A stretch of DNA of 64,000 bases. It comes from Antedon mediterranea (taxonomy: Eukaryota; Animalia; Echinodermata). Positions 13,407 to 26,263 of this stretch are shown one piece after another (position 1 is the first letter of the stretch; each line of letters starts with the position of its first letter). Both the position numbers and the translations under genes were made by a program. Location of the stretch: positions 14,632,001-14,696,000 of the forward strand of contig NC_092674.1 of assembly GCF_964355755.1 (NCBI RefSeq), given 5' to 3'. The notes beneath the pieces are model-generated. The model searched no databases, was not told the origin of the DNA, and saw nothing but the letters and a program-made list of their open reading frames with translations.

Positions 13407-16400
13407 ATTCTACCATATCAGCAGTTACGCAACTTCATGGTCAACATGAGAGGCACGACCAGTGACCACAAATCATTGTACTTATGGTAGCCGTGAAGGT
13501 CAGACGTGAACAGATATTCTTCATCAGGTCTAAGATCTCTTTGCCGATCCAGGTGGATACAGCGATGTGTCCGAGCATTCAGATGACAGCCTCTCAGCCG
13601 CACAAGCAGTGCGGAATATTGCGGAGTTCGCGAGTGGGCAAGTTGACGCTACGATGGAGCTACCTAGTGGGTTTGCGGACTTGGCGGCGGAATTTAGTAC
13701 TGCGGTCCGTACGGGACCAGATATCGACGGGAAGCTTGCCGCTATTGTGGACGACTTAATTAAGAGCCGACTGCCGCAGCCGAAGGTAACGGATCTTGTT
13801 GAGAGGTATCCCAGGCCAATGAACTGTGGGGCTCTAGTGGCTTCTAAGGTCAACGCGGCAGTGTGGAGGCGGCAGGGTTTTGTGGTTCACCCTAATAAAT
13901 CGGTTGTTGAGCCTACGCAACGGCTCGAATTTTTGGGCTTCCTAAAAGACTCGGTGTCGATGACCGTGTCAGTGACGGGGAAAAAAGTTGTGATATTGTA
14001 TCGTTATTATGCAATGTAGCTCGGGCGACAGATCGGTTGCTGGTCAGACCGCCACGGTGGATGCGTGTCACCGGAGATGTATTGCTTCATCCATTACTAC
14101 AACAAAGTTGACATCTGCTGAGCCCAAAGCTCAGACTGTTGGTATGCAAGCTGTCCGGAAAAACATCACTGAGTGCAGCGTACCGGAGGGGATTGCCGAC
14201 GTCATCATGTGTGTCTGGAGACCGGGTACAAAGAAGCAGTCTCCAGAAGGTGTCTACATCTGGAAGTGCCATTTGTTTTGTTTACGAAGGAAAATTGATT
14301 ATTTGCGACCGCGTGTAAACGGAGTGTTGGCGTTTTTACATAGTCTGTTTTGGGAAGACGGTCATACGCTACATTGAACACACCCAGATCGGCTTTATCG
14401 TGTTTAGTGACGGATTTCAGTGATACCGTGGGGGTATCGGTTACGCAACATCCTTTGGTACTTCGGTACATGAAGGGTGTCTTTAATTGTCGTCGGCCCT
14501 CCCCTAGATATTCAGTAATGTGGGATGTTGACGTTGTCTTGATATATCTGGCCAGGTTACATCCACCAGAGAACCTTACTCTTAAAGAGCTTTCGTTTAA
14601 GTTGGTAATTTTTGATGGCCCAAACTTCGAGTCAGAGATGTCATGTGTTGGCATCTCTCGATATTAGTGTCATGTATAGACAAATGAATATTTTATGTTT
14701 ACATTCTGATCACAATAAGCAGGACAGGCCTGGTTGTGTATTTTCTTTTGTTACTTTTCGTAAGTACCACAAAGAAGAATTGTGTGTGTACTCCGTTCTC
14801 GAGAGTTATATAAAGCTTTATTCTAACAAAAATGTCCAATCCTTATTCAATACTGTCAACTCCAATTTGATCAATTTGTCCCAATATTTTGCAGCTAATA
14901 AACTTTCTCTTAATCATAAAAAATGTAGCTTCATCCTTTTTGGGACCCCAAAACTATTAAAATCTATTGACTTATCAGCCAACAAAATTACCATTGACAA
15001 CCAGGATTTACCTTGTGTACAATCAGCTAAGTTTTTAGGTGTAGTTATGGACAGCAATCTAACGTGGAAAAATCATATTAAAGAAGTAGAGAATAAAACT
15101 TCCAAAAGCATTGGTATCATATCTAGGTTATCCTCATTTGTACCCCTTAATATTCTTCGAACCCTTTACTGCTACTGTAACATTGTCTGGGCCAATACTT
15201 ACGTATCCAACCTCAGTAAACTGCAAATTATACAAAAGAAGGCTATCAGGATTATATCTGGCGCTCCACCGCGGTCCCATTCTTCCCATTTATTTTCCAA
15301 ACTTAATCTCCTCAAACTCATTAATATAAACTTAATGCAACAAGGCAAATTTGTATTCTCTGCCCTGCATTCCACTTCTCCAAATCATTTAAACAATATG
15401 TTTATTCCGAATTTTTCTATTCACAATTACCCTACACGTTCTAGAACTGATATACACATACCTATCCACAACACCAATTATTTTTCAAAACAGTATTAGA
15501 TACTCCGGTCCATCAATGATGAACAGTTTACCACCCCCAATTACAAATGCTGTTTCAATTTCTTTATTTTCCATAAAATTAAAACAACACCTAATGTCAA
15601 ACTATTACAAAGACAACGATCGAATGTCGCAATTTGATTTATGCTGCTGAATATTGATCTACTGTGGTTTTTGAGTTTTATTTTCTGATTCTACAATTTG
15701 ATTGATCTATTTTTTAAAATTTATTTATTTTCTTTATTTTTTTTTTTTTTTTTCCTTTTGTGTGCATTTTTGTTGTCTTGTTTGTTTCTCTTAATTTCCA
15801 CTCTAATATTCAATTATCCATTTTATTTGCATAGGCATACCCAGCACAAGATTTCCTCATCTTCTCAGGATTATGCCTTCCTCCATAGCCAATTTTCTTA
15901 AATTCACTTTTCTTTTGTATATCCAACAATCATCTATTTCATTTTTAATATACCTTACCATTTCTGTTTTTTATTTTGTATTGTATTGCTATGGAGGAAA
16001 ATAAATGTCTTTTTGAATTGAAAAAAGCGAACGGATGGTTTTTGAAGTTCCGATAGTTCGCAACTATTGCTTTCATATATTAAGCCGTTTAGGCCTATCG
16101 GTACTAGTACCGTGGGCAGATGGATCAAGTCCTTGCTTTGTTTAGCAGGCGTAGATACTGTTTTTTCTGCGCATAGCACGCGGGCAGCTAGTGTTAGCAA
16201 GGTGAGCAAGAGGATCCCCGTTGATGTTATACTTAAGCATCAGACTCGATGTTTATGAAGTTTTATAACAAACTAGTAGGGTCTGAAGGAAGGTTTGACA
16301 TAGCAGTGTTGGATTAAAGTCGCACTGTACTTTTGATTTGTTGTATGTGTGTGGGTTTCTTGTGTCCTTGTGTTCACGCCTGGCTTTGAAGTCTCATGTT

Positions 16401-16698
16401 GACCCGGAAGTTGTGTAACTGCTGATATGGTAGAATTAAACGAGCCTTACCTGTAAGGTGAAGTTTGATGATAATTCCACTAGATCAGCAGTAGCACTTC
16501 AGGGTTAACATGCCCTACCCGTATTTTTCCCCTCCCAATTGGTTTGTTTGATTGCTGGCGTGACGCGGTACACACAAGGATTTAAAGTCTGATTTGCGGT
16601 CACTGGTCCTGCCTCTCATGTTAACCCTGAAGTGCTACTGCTGATCTGGTAGAATTATCAAACTTCACCTTACAGGTAATTAAGACTCGTTTAATTCT
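13407..16698 (+). mobile_element. Internally deleted DIRS1-like tyrosine-recombinase retrotransposon
   Basis: Left ITR 13407-13475 is inverted against 16590-16656, and the internal complementary region is 16392-16512. Contains a gag-like segment, an RT fragment (GFVVHPNKSVVEPTQRLEFLGF) and YR motifs (RSALS..HPLVLRYMKGVF..PRY..WDV; LLSYIKP..TVGRWIK..AHSTRAAS). Confidence 0.9.
14817..16023 (+). mobile_element. 5'-truncated CR1/L2/Crack-group LINE inserted into the DIRS recombinase
   Basis: RT C-terminus ANKLSLNHKK..KFLGVVMDSNLTWKNHI..LQIIQKKAIRII, a 3' UTR with AATAAA and a TTGAATTGAA tail. AAAGC is duplicated at 14812-14816 and 16024-16028, and removing the insert restores LESYIKRT. Confidence 0.88.
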
Positions 16699-17243
16699 TC
16701 AATTAAAGTTATAAAGTAGTCTAGTGAGCCAAATTGTTTAAGAAATAGTTAGAATTATATTAATTTTAGTATGTGCAATGTAGCAAGAATTATTTAAATA
16801 ATATACAGTACTGCAGTTAAAAATGTATTACAATATTTCATAAACCTGAAAATTGACCAAGAAGGTTAATGTTTTAGAGCAATTGAACCTGAAGCTTCAA
16901 GTCTCTTAATTATCAACTTTAACGTCACTACAGTATTACTACAGTACTTCATAAACCTGAAAATCGATGCTTTTTAAAAAAAAATAAAATATGCATTTAA
17001 AATATACAATTGTAAATTTTCCAATTGGATTCAATTGGAAAACTCAATTTTGGTAATGGTAGCTAGGGACTTCTAGGCCGAATAACAGAAACAGCTATAA
17101 AATTAAATAATTTAAGCCTATAGGGCCTAGAGGCTAAGCCTAGATTAGTATTATTTAATATATCTAAAGTAGTAGTAGGCTAGGCATAAGTACGGCCCAG
17201 GCTATATAATGCCGGTAAAATACATTAATTTGTTTTTTTAGAA

Positions 17244-17750
17244 CATCGAAAATTAATTTTGCTTGTGCACAGCAGAATAATACTGTATGACAAAAGCAGT
17301 AACGAGTATAAACAAGACAAACAAAAAGCAGATGTCTGGAAAGCTATTGGGGATGAGGTTGTCGTACATGTCGTAAGTCAACAACTACTAGGCCTACTAC
17401 TACACTAGGCATAGGCCTATATCACGGCATAAAAATAGGCCTTGAATGAGGCATGATGGAGTGAGGCAAGTGATTGCCAAATAAATAACGTTAATGTTTA
17501 ATACAATTAAAACTTTTTTTCTTACAGAAGTTCAAGCTCTTTAGATTTGTTGAATATGATGATGATGGACAATCATGTTTTATACACAGAAGAGCTGGGT
17601 TTAGAGGACGATATTCAAGAGCCAATCATCAGAGATATTAATGAAGTTGTAGCAGCACCAAAAAGGTCTGGCCCTTCAACAACATCCGCATCGTCATCTA
17701 AAACCCCAAAATATGACAACGTAAGCCTAAAAATGGTTGATTATAGCTAG
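17244..17750 (+). pseudogene. MADF/Myb-like DNA-binding gene remnant of a Harbinger/PIF element
   Basis: HRKLILLVHSRIILYDKSSNEYKQDKQKADVWKAIGDEV fits the MADF pattern and lies between splice-like signals. Confidence 0.6.
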
Positions 17751-18189
17751 AATAAAAAGAAATAAACAAAACACCTAAAAAAAATAAATTTCAAACTGTC
17801 AAATTGTTTCCACAAACTAAACAAATTCAAGTTAAAAAGGCTATAACATCTCTTGTGTTCGACAGAAAAAATCGCTAATGAAGAATAATTCAACAAAAAT
17901 GTATACTGGTACCCATTTATCTAGACCATGGACCTATAAATTTGAGGTCCATGATTAGACTCAAAGTACTTGTGGTTGAATAGATACATAGTTTATATTT
18001 ATTCATAACTACAAATAAAATATTGGTGGAATGTTAATATTTTGAAATTAATAAAACATATATGTTAAATATAAATTTTGTTGTCTACGAATATGTTTGT
18101 GTATAACTGGTTATTTTTGGTGGACATATATAATTTTAACGAATGACAATTATATAAATATAGTACATACCGTTAATCTACTTTGGCAA

Positions 18190-18300
18190 TAGTGTAGCTA
18201 CATCGAATGTTTTCTGGACCTGCCATGAAACACTGCCAGCATCAGAACTGAAGTAGCCCTTAAACTTATTTCTGATATCGAGATCGCTTGATGCAAGAAA
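18190..18300 (-). pseudogene. C-terminal fragment of a Harbinger/PIF transposase, convergent with the MADF remnant
   Basis: The minus strand reads DIRNKFKGYFSSDAGSVSWQ, matching the Harbinger tail motif IR..F..YF...GSVPWQ. Confidence 0.6.
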
Positions 18301-19400
18301 ATGCAAATCTTTACCCCGAATATTTCAAAATTAACTTTTAACTAAAAAGTTATACATTATAACATCCAATTCACTTTAATTAATACTAGCCTCGAGTAAT
18401 AATATTCAATTTTTTAAATTTATCTCTAAAATCTAAATCTAAAATCTATCTTTCTTAAGTAAATGGATTATATCTCAATCAATATAATACGGCATTTGAT
18501 TTTGTCATAATAGAGAGACTTGAGAAATAAAAGTGGAGAATATGGTGAGGTCGCCCGGGTCGTTCAATTCGAGGTCGTCGCTTTCTGCACACCCAGGATA
18601 GGCGGCCCCCTTAACAAACATATAGGCCTAGCCTATTAAGCTAATCCTAGGCTAGGCCTAATATAAATAGGCTAGGACTACTACACTCACTTTGCCACAT
18701 AATTAAATCTGATCCTCTCTCAATCCTTCTAATCTAATCAACTGCTCAGTTATTTGTTGGATGTATATGCATGATGGTTTTAATACATATTTTCTGGCCT
18801 TAGCCTACTCCGTCTTGACATCATACTACGAGGAATCTTCATCTATTAGTAGAGGCCTAGAGTCTCCAGATGATCCTGTTGAACGCACGTCCTAATAACT
18901 AAAACTCAGCCATTTAAATCCAGTAAATTAAATATAGCTGCATGGATGATATGATAAAAGAAATATTTTATCCGCATGCTCATTTTTAAACCTGCTCGAA
19001 CACCATATCATCAAAAATTGGAAACTGGGGAAGAAGATGAAGAAAAGTTGCTAATTTGCATAAAACTACTGTAAAATGACCTGGTCCTACAATACTAAAC
19101 ACCACCAGATACCTACCAGAGCAAAACATCCTACCACCTGCTTAAAATTGATTATTAATGGTATATTATTTTCAAAGCTCAATTCTTTCATTTTCTGATA
19201 AAATTTAAGTTAAAAATTAAATTTCTTGTATGTCGCAATTCCAGATTCGAATGCGTTTGATCATCATAATATTAATGAAACGATTGCGTTCATCCATGTC
19301 TATTGTATTTGTTACGTGATGCTACGCATGAGGGCGTACTAATATTTATAATGTGCACAGTCTCTCTCTTACGATCAGTGGATACAAGCAGATGTCTAAA

Positions 19401-22400
19401 TACTCTAGTAGCTAGATCAACTTTCGTATGCACTTTGAGGTCCAGAGAATTTGACTTCAGAAATTGGTTTAGGGTGGTCAAACAATCATTTTTGGCTTGG
19501 TTACACATTTTGAAAATGTGGCGAAAGGTCAAAAGGTCAGGGTGAAAGGTCATAAAACAAAACACCAATATGTCCTTAAATCTCAACAACCACTGGTCAC
19601 AGCGAAGTAATTTTGGTCTCAAATTGATCAGAAGGTATACATTTATATTCAGTCTAATGGGACATTTTAGTCAAAAATGACCGGAAATGCCATTTCTGAC
19701 CTTTGACCCACACCTCAGGGCATGTATGTATCTCCGTAACTACTGATCGTAGACACTTAAATTTGGTCTTAAATTGTTTGAAATAAATATTTATTATTTG
19801 TAGCACATTTTTAAAAATGTTACAAAAGGTCAAAGGGTCAAGGTCAAAGGTTATATGAACAAATAAAAATAGATACTTGTATCTCGGCAACCACTCGTCG
19901 CAGCAAGTCAATTTTAGTCTCAAAATGTTCAGAAGGCATGCTTTCATATTCAATCTAATGGGACATTTTAGTCAAAAATTATCAGAAATGCCATTTCTGA
20001 CCTTTGACCCACATATCATGGCATCTTCATATCTCTGTAAGTACTGGTCGTAGAAACTTAAATTTGGTATAAAATTGTTCGAAGTATACATATTTACATT
20101 CATTGTAATAGAAAATGTGGTTAAAAGATGAACAGAAATACTATTACTAATGTTTCTAACAAAAAACATATCTCTACATAACTTATCCTTAGACAGTAAT
20201 GTTATGCAATAACTGATACTTTAAATTGTTTCAATTTCAAGTACTAGTTATTGCTGTCCCCAAGAACATTTTGATAGAAACGTCAAGCTCAACAGTTCTT
20301 TTCAGAATGCTAGAAGTAACTTGCCATGTGTATCCGATTAAACTCCCCGGGCATTTATTGTTCAAAGGGGTTTTTAGGGGCAGGGGAGGCATCTTTATTT
20401 GTGGTATAATATGGTAATATGTATAATCAAATAAATACCACCTAGATGTAAACAAAAATACAGCACAATTAATATCAAAAAGTGAAAAAAATGCTTGGTA
20501 AATTGTAGATTATGGTAGTTAATGTAATGTGTTGTGATACAATTATTGTGTAAATGCATGTGGCGGGTGTATTCCACATGGTGTTCTATTAGAGGGAATG
20601 GTGGCGTTTATTTGAGAGAGGCTTTTATTCAAAGCGGGTGTTAATTCGAATAAATACTCTAATTTTAATAATTATAATTCGTTTCTCAACTGATAAAAGG
20701 TACTTTACATGATTCGTTTTCTTCTTTATGCTTTTTAACGAAATGTTTCTGTCTTTTAGAATAAAAGTGACACTGTCATAGATAACATTAAATGGATCTT
20801 CTCTTCCAGGTGCCAGTATAATGATATAAAACAATGACATATCATTATCCTGACACAATTGCACTCATAATGGATCTTCATTCTATCATCTGTTTGTTTG
20901 TGACTACAATTTGACAACAATCTTTTGCATATTTTTAAATGCCAATACATAGCTTCATTACTATTGTACAATATGTCCAGCTTTCCTGAAAACACCCTTG
21001 TGTACTGTAGTACAGTGTTGTAGTATGATTTTATCTGATGCTTTTATTGTCAATGAATTCAGTACCTAAAACATGTCAATAGTGGTATTGATAATAAATC
21101 TCCAGAAACATATATTGTTTTATTATCTACACTGGGAACAGACGTGTATAATATACACCGACAAAACTTATACATATTATGTATAAGTTTTGTCGGTAAC
21201 ATTCAAAAATATTATGCAACAGTGTTACGGAATAATGACAATGAATTGGTCTATTAGTTGTCTGTGATACCTTTTATTACATGATTGTACTTGCAACAGG
21301 ATAGAATGAGGTTTATTCCAGTTATTATTCTTATTATATTAATTTTTTTTTTATCTGGGGTGTATTTATTTGATTATACATGTTACCATTATTACACCCA
21401 AACAAAATAAACGCCTTCCCTGAATAACTAAATGCCCGGACCTTTTATTCGGGTAACTATAGTAAGTTACTTCTAGCATTCTTAACTGTTGAGCTCGAGT
21501 ATTTATTCGAATTAACACCCGCTTTGAATAAAAGCCTCCATTCCCTCCAATAGAACATCATGTGGAATGCCACATGCATTTACAAAATAATTGTATCACA
21601 ACACATTTCATTAATTACCATAATCTACAATTTACCAAGCATTTTGACATAATGTTATTTTTTTATATTAATTGTGCTGTATTTTTTTACATCTAGGTGG
21701 TATTTATTTGATTATACATGTTACCATATTATACCCCAAATAAAGATGCCTCCCCTCCCCCTAAAAACCCTTTTGAACAATAAATGCCCGGGGCGTTTAA
21801 TCGGATACACATGGCAAGTTACTTTTAGCATTCTGAAAAGAACTGTTGAGCTTGACGTTTATATCAAAATGTTCTCGTGGACAGCAATAACTAGTAGGCC
21901 TACTTGAAATTGAAACAATTTAAAGTATCATATTGCATAACATTACTGTCTAAGGATAAGTTGTGTAGAGACATGTTTTTTGTTTGAAACATTGGTAATA
22001 GTATTTTCTGTTCATCTTTTAACCACATTTTCTATTACAATGAATGTAAATATGTATATTTCGAACAATTTGATACCAAATTTAAGTTTCTACGACCAGT
22101 ACTTACAGAGATATGAAAATGCCCTGGTATGTGGGTCAAAGGTCAGAAATGGCATTTCTGATTATTTTTTACTAAAATGCCCCATTAGACGGAATATAAA
22201 TGCATGCCTTCTGAACATTTTGAGACCAAAATTGACTTGCTGCGACCAGTGGTTGCCGAGATACAAGTACCTTTATTTATTTGTTTATATAACCCTTGAC
22301 CCTGACCCTTTGACCTTTTGTAACATTTTTCAAAATGTTTTTCAAATAACAAAATATATATTTCGAACAATTTAAAACCAAATTCAAGTGTCTACGACCA

Positions 22401-22743
22401 GTAGTTACGGAGATAAATACATGCCCTGGGTTGTGGGTCAAAGGTCAGAAATGGCATTTCCGGTCATTTTAAACTAAAATGTCCCATTAGACTGAATACA
22501 AATGTATACCTTCTGATCAATTTGAGACCAAAATTACTTCGCTGTGACCAGTGGTTGTTGAGATTTAAGGACATATTGGTGTTTGGTCTTATGACCTTTC
22601 ACCCTGACCTTTTGACCTTTCGCCACATTTTCAAAATGTGTAACCAAGCCAAAAATGATTGTTTGACCACCCTAAACCAATTTCTGAAGTCAAATTCTCT
22701 GGACCTCAAAGTGCATACGAAAGTTGATCTAGCTACTAGAGTA
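19401..22743. mobile_element. Foldback-type non-autonomous element with about 1.25-kb inverted arms
   Basis: 19401-~20659 is inverted against ~21497-22743. Termini are TA|CTCTAGTAGCTAG...CTAGCTACTAGAG|TA. The arms contain ~300-bp subrepeats, and no coding capacity was found. Confidence 0.85.
21157..21197. repeat. 41-bp perfect palindrome (20+1+20)
   Basis: ACCGACAAAACTTATACATA-T-TATGTATAAGTTTTGTCGGT. Confidence 0.95.
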
Positions 22744-22753
22744 AAAAGCTTAA

Positions 22754-23237
22754 AGACCCATTCCCTAAATTGTTTACGCTTTGTAATGCATACAGTATAT
22801 TACTTTAAAAACATTAAATCAGGTTATTTCTTGTCTTAGATACAACAGAACAATACACCCAAGTAGCTTGCGGTGAATGTCCTCTCATGGACGGTCTTTA
22901 GGCCAATCTAGATAGGCTTAGTTTTGTAGGCCTAGCTGGTAAACAACAGTAACGTACGAACATTGTACGCTAGATAGGCCTAGCCTGACGTTGTTTAGTT
23001 GCTGCATTAATTGTCTTTCTGTGAATCACAGAAGAAAAACTAAAATATCAATCCATGCGCAATGCATGTTGGGATTTAGCGGGCCGCTAAAATGATTAGA
23101 ATCTACTATTTTTTCACATGTTTTACCGTTCAAAGAAGACAAAAAGTTATCGCAATAGGAATGTGTAGTATTTATTTTTACATTAAATGTTGTTTGTGAC
23201 CTTAAATTAGATCTAAAAATGTAGGGAATGATCAGAC
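22754..23237. mobile_element. Kolobok-like MITE (TTAA-flanked)
   Basis: TTAA|AGACCCATTCCCTA ... TAGGGAATGATCAGAC|TTAA. Homologous to 1-270 and 45740-46319. Confidence 0.7.
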
Positions 23238-23539
23238 TTAAGTCATTAGGCTGAGTTGAGTTAACATAAAAGTCTTCACGTTTCTTAATATGGGTATAAC
23301 ACACGAAACTGTGTTCATGGTCAACTGTGAGGCGCTACCAATGCATTTATTTGATCAAATACATTCTATATGCTATACACTATAACATTTAAAAATAAAT
23401 AACTTTTTTTAACTTTTTTATTGTATCTGCCAATCTCTTTCAACAATATATTGTAATGTATTGATTCATTTGAAAACCAAAACAACTTACTTACTTACGA
23501 TGAAAGGCTTTAAAGTCTGAAAAGTTAAAAGTGTACATC

Positions 23540-23745
23540 CATCTCTATGCCATAATTTGACAATGACATGAAAGGTACATGCACCACCATCAAACAATGT
23601 TTGAGTGAATGGTTTGATAACTTAGTTTCTTTAAAGGAGCTTGGTGATGTTAGTATTTGAACCTACTAATTGGCCAGAAGATAATATTGATGCCCTTCAT
23701 TTGTATAGTGCAGATGAAGTGAATTTGTTAGTGGAACATTAACAA
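23540..23745 (+). pseudogene. hAT (ZNF862-like) transposase relic
   Basis: Reads IKQCLSEWFDNL..FEPTNWPED..LHLYSADEVNLLVEH, resembling the hAT pattern L..RF...FDP..WP...YG..EV..L..HF. Confidence 0.45.
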
Positions 23746-24700
23746 TTTGCAACTAGATGCCAACCACCTTCAACAAATATATTACAATATTCACATCATT
23801 TTGATAAAATTGAAGTTAAAATTGAATTTCTCGCCGTCACAATTCCAGAAGCAAATACGTTTGATCATCATAATAGTAACGAAATGAACATGTTCATCCA
23901 CGTCTATTGTGTATTGTATTCAGTGATCAACTATGAGGCGCTACCGATGCTTTTATTTGGTCAAATAAATTCTAGCCACATCAAAACCCACGCAATTTAC
24001 TCTGCCTGGTGCAATAATCGGTTCCGGTAAATTTTTAGACGTAAATGATATTTTGGAGTAGATGATGACTTTTTTACCAAGTGGTCCCAGGGTATAAGAT
24101 GGCCTGAAGAACGATGTTTATTTTGTAATCAACGATAATGTGAATGTGTGGCAACGTTTGACAGGAAAGACGTCCGTGTATCGAGATGATTGTGGGGCAT
24201 GAAACAGTAAAACAGCATCATACTACACGCCATATACTGTATCATAGATTCCAGAGGCTGTTTGTCTTATGTGGATCTTAAAATGGATTATATTGTAAAA
24301 CTTTTAAACTAAAACGAATACCGCTCAAACCGCAACCACTTGAAGAGGAAATAATTGTTTTCCGTAGGCTATACTATGTGACATTAAAAGCAGACAAAGA
24401 GTACAAAAAGAGATTTTATAACGACAACGGAGGAAACAGATGAAAATAGCACTGTGCCACCGCCGAGAGATTTAAAGCATGTGAAGAATGCAAAGTTCAT
24501 GTAATTGTAAGGCATCAAATCAAACCCATCAATTTACCACAGAAAAAATATCGCATATGACATCCTTGTACTTTTTTATGCATATGATACCAAATTCATT
24601 AGGGACATATTCTACAATGGCAAAGAAAAACCGGCATCAGTCGTTTTATATTTTGATTAACAGATATCTGACATTTCAAAGTTTTGCAATCCATCTTCAA

Positions 24701-24948
24701 AACATCCTAGTGTGTTGGGTATTGATGGTATGTTTAACCTTGGAGCCTGTTTTGTGACTACAACAGTCACCACACCAACATTTACAGGAAAACAACAAAT
24801 TTGCATCCTATTATGCTTGGCCCAGTGTTTTTACACTGGGATGGACTTTTCGAGACCTATCAACGATTTTTAACGCATCTGCAGAACATCCTAGTGTGTT
24901 GGGTATTGATCGTACATTTAACATTGGAGGCTGTTTTGTGACTACAAC
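24701..24948 (+). repeat. ~184-bp tandem duplication whose second unit is split by the P element and resumes at 37634-~37760
   Basis: AACATCCTAGTGTGTTGGGTATTGAT occurs at 24701 and 24885. Unit 1 keeps the uninterrupted GTGACTACAACAGTC. Confidence 0.9.
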
Positions 24949-26119
24949 CATGGAGTAAAGAATAAGAGGAGACACAACTCAGCCTAGCTATCCAGTTAAT
25001 CCAATTAGTATCACGCTGTGCGGTAGTGCTTAAGCATAGGGTAATAAACTTCCCATAACGATCCTTTGAAGAACATCCTGTTTACCCGTGCAGCTCGCTG
25101 CAGAGTCGGCTCTGATTACGTAACGCCCTAATTAAGGAAGAAGCCAGGCATGACATCGGTGACAAGAAAAGTAAACAGAGGCTGCGCAGTAGTTTCTAAT
25201 ACATCACAGTGAAGCATGACCTTTGTGCAGTTGTTCATTGTTCTTTGAGCTTTTTTCTCGAAAAAACCGTTTAAAAATCGAGTAATTTTTCACGGAGATA
25301 TCGCAGTTTTTATACCAGCTAACAAATTAATCATATTTTTTATCAAGCCATAGACGTATCATTTGGTAAGTAGAAATTTTACCGTTTAAACAACTTTTTA
25401 ATTTACGAACCCTAGTTCATTTTGTAGCATATAAAAGACTCTAACTTATTTTAAAATCATATTTTAGTGCGCGCAAATGCGCGCATGAAAAAAATTATAT
25501 AATTTAAGCTCATGAATATTCAAAAATACACGTATAGTAGAATTCCAACGACACAATTTCTTATTTTTATTACTATATTTGACATTTAATTTATGTTTCA
25601 GTCTATATTATGACTGTTTAGTTCTTTTATTTTAGTCTGATATTGTATAATTAAATTATTTATGATATTAATATTATAAAATATATGGTTTTTACGATCA
25701 GAAACTTAGAGTTCAGTGAAATTGTAGGACTAAATTATCTATCGTTTAACGATGTGTGGACAGGCCTACTACACAGTAGGCCTATATTTTCGTAATATAT
25801 TATTATTTAATAAATGGCATGGCCTAAATAAGGATAACAAATATTTAATAATATAATGATGGACATATTTAGTGCATACCTTAACCGGTAGGCCTATCAA
25901 TAGGTTAATGCATAGGCGCGCCTATAGTAATAAAAAACAATATCAATAATAGTAGCAATACGTTTTTTATTAATATATTAATAATTGTAATAACGTTAGA
26001 AATAGTATTAGTAGTAATATTTTATTAAAGAAGAAATTAATCAATTGGTTTTAGTTTTCGGATAGTCGTTATTATGAAATATGGTATAAAATATTACGAG
26101 AATATTCGTTTAGTATCAA

Positions 26120-26145
26120 CAGGGAGTAAAAATCGTTACTCCATT
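26120..26145. other. Probable P-type excision footprint (fused TIR ends between 7-bp direct repeats)
   Basis: GTATCAA|CAGGGAGTAAAAATCGTTACTCCATT|GTATCAA. Each end matches the CATGGAGTAA TIR start at 9/10 positions. Confidence 0.65.
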
Positions 26146-26263
26146 GTATCAACCCGTAACAACAACTACAAATTACATGTGTTGGTTAAAATTCAATTAC
26201 AAATATAGTCTATGCTCTTTTGTAATTATAAGCCATTGTTTAAAATGATTATGTACAGTTCGG

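Noticed and set aside
14612-15499. 295-aa ORF as a novel recombinase-RT fusion gene
   Set aside because: Chance in-frame junction between a broken DIRS recombinase and an inserted truncated LINE, with the TSD visible.
18690-18860. Possible hAT dimerisation-domain relic on the minus strand (MMSRRSRLRPEN)
   Set aside because: Too short and decayed to support.
19290-22839. Paired similar ORFs on opposite strands
   Set aside because: By-products of the inverted arms of the foldback element, with no protein-like features.
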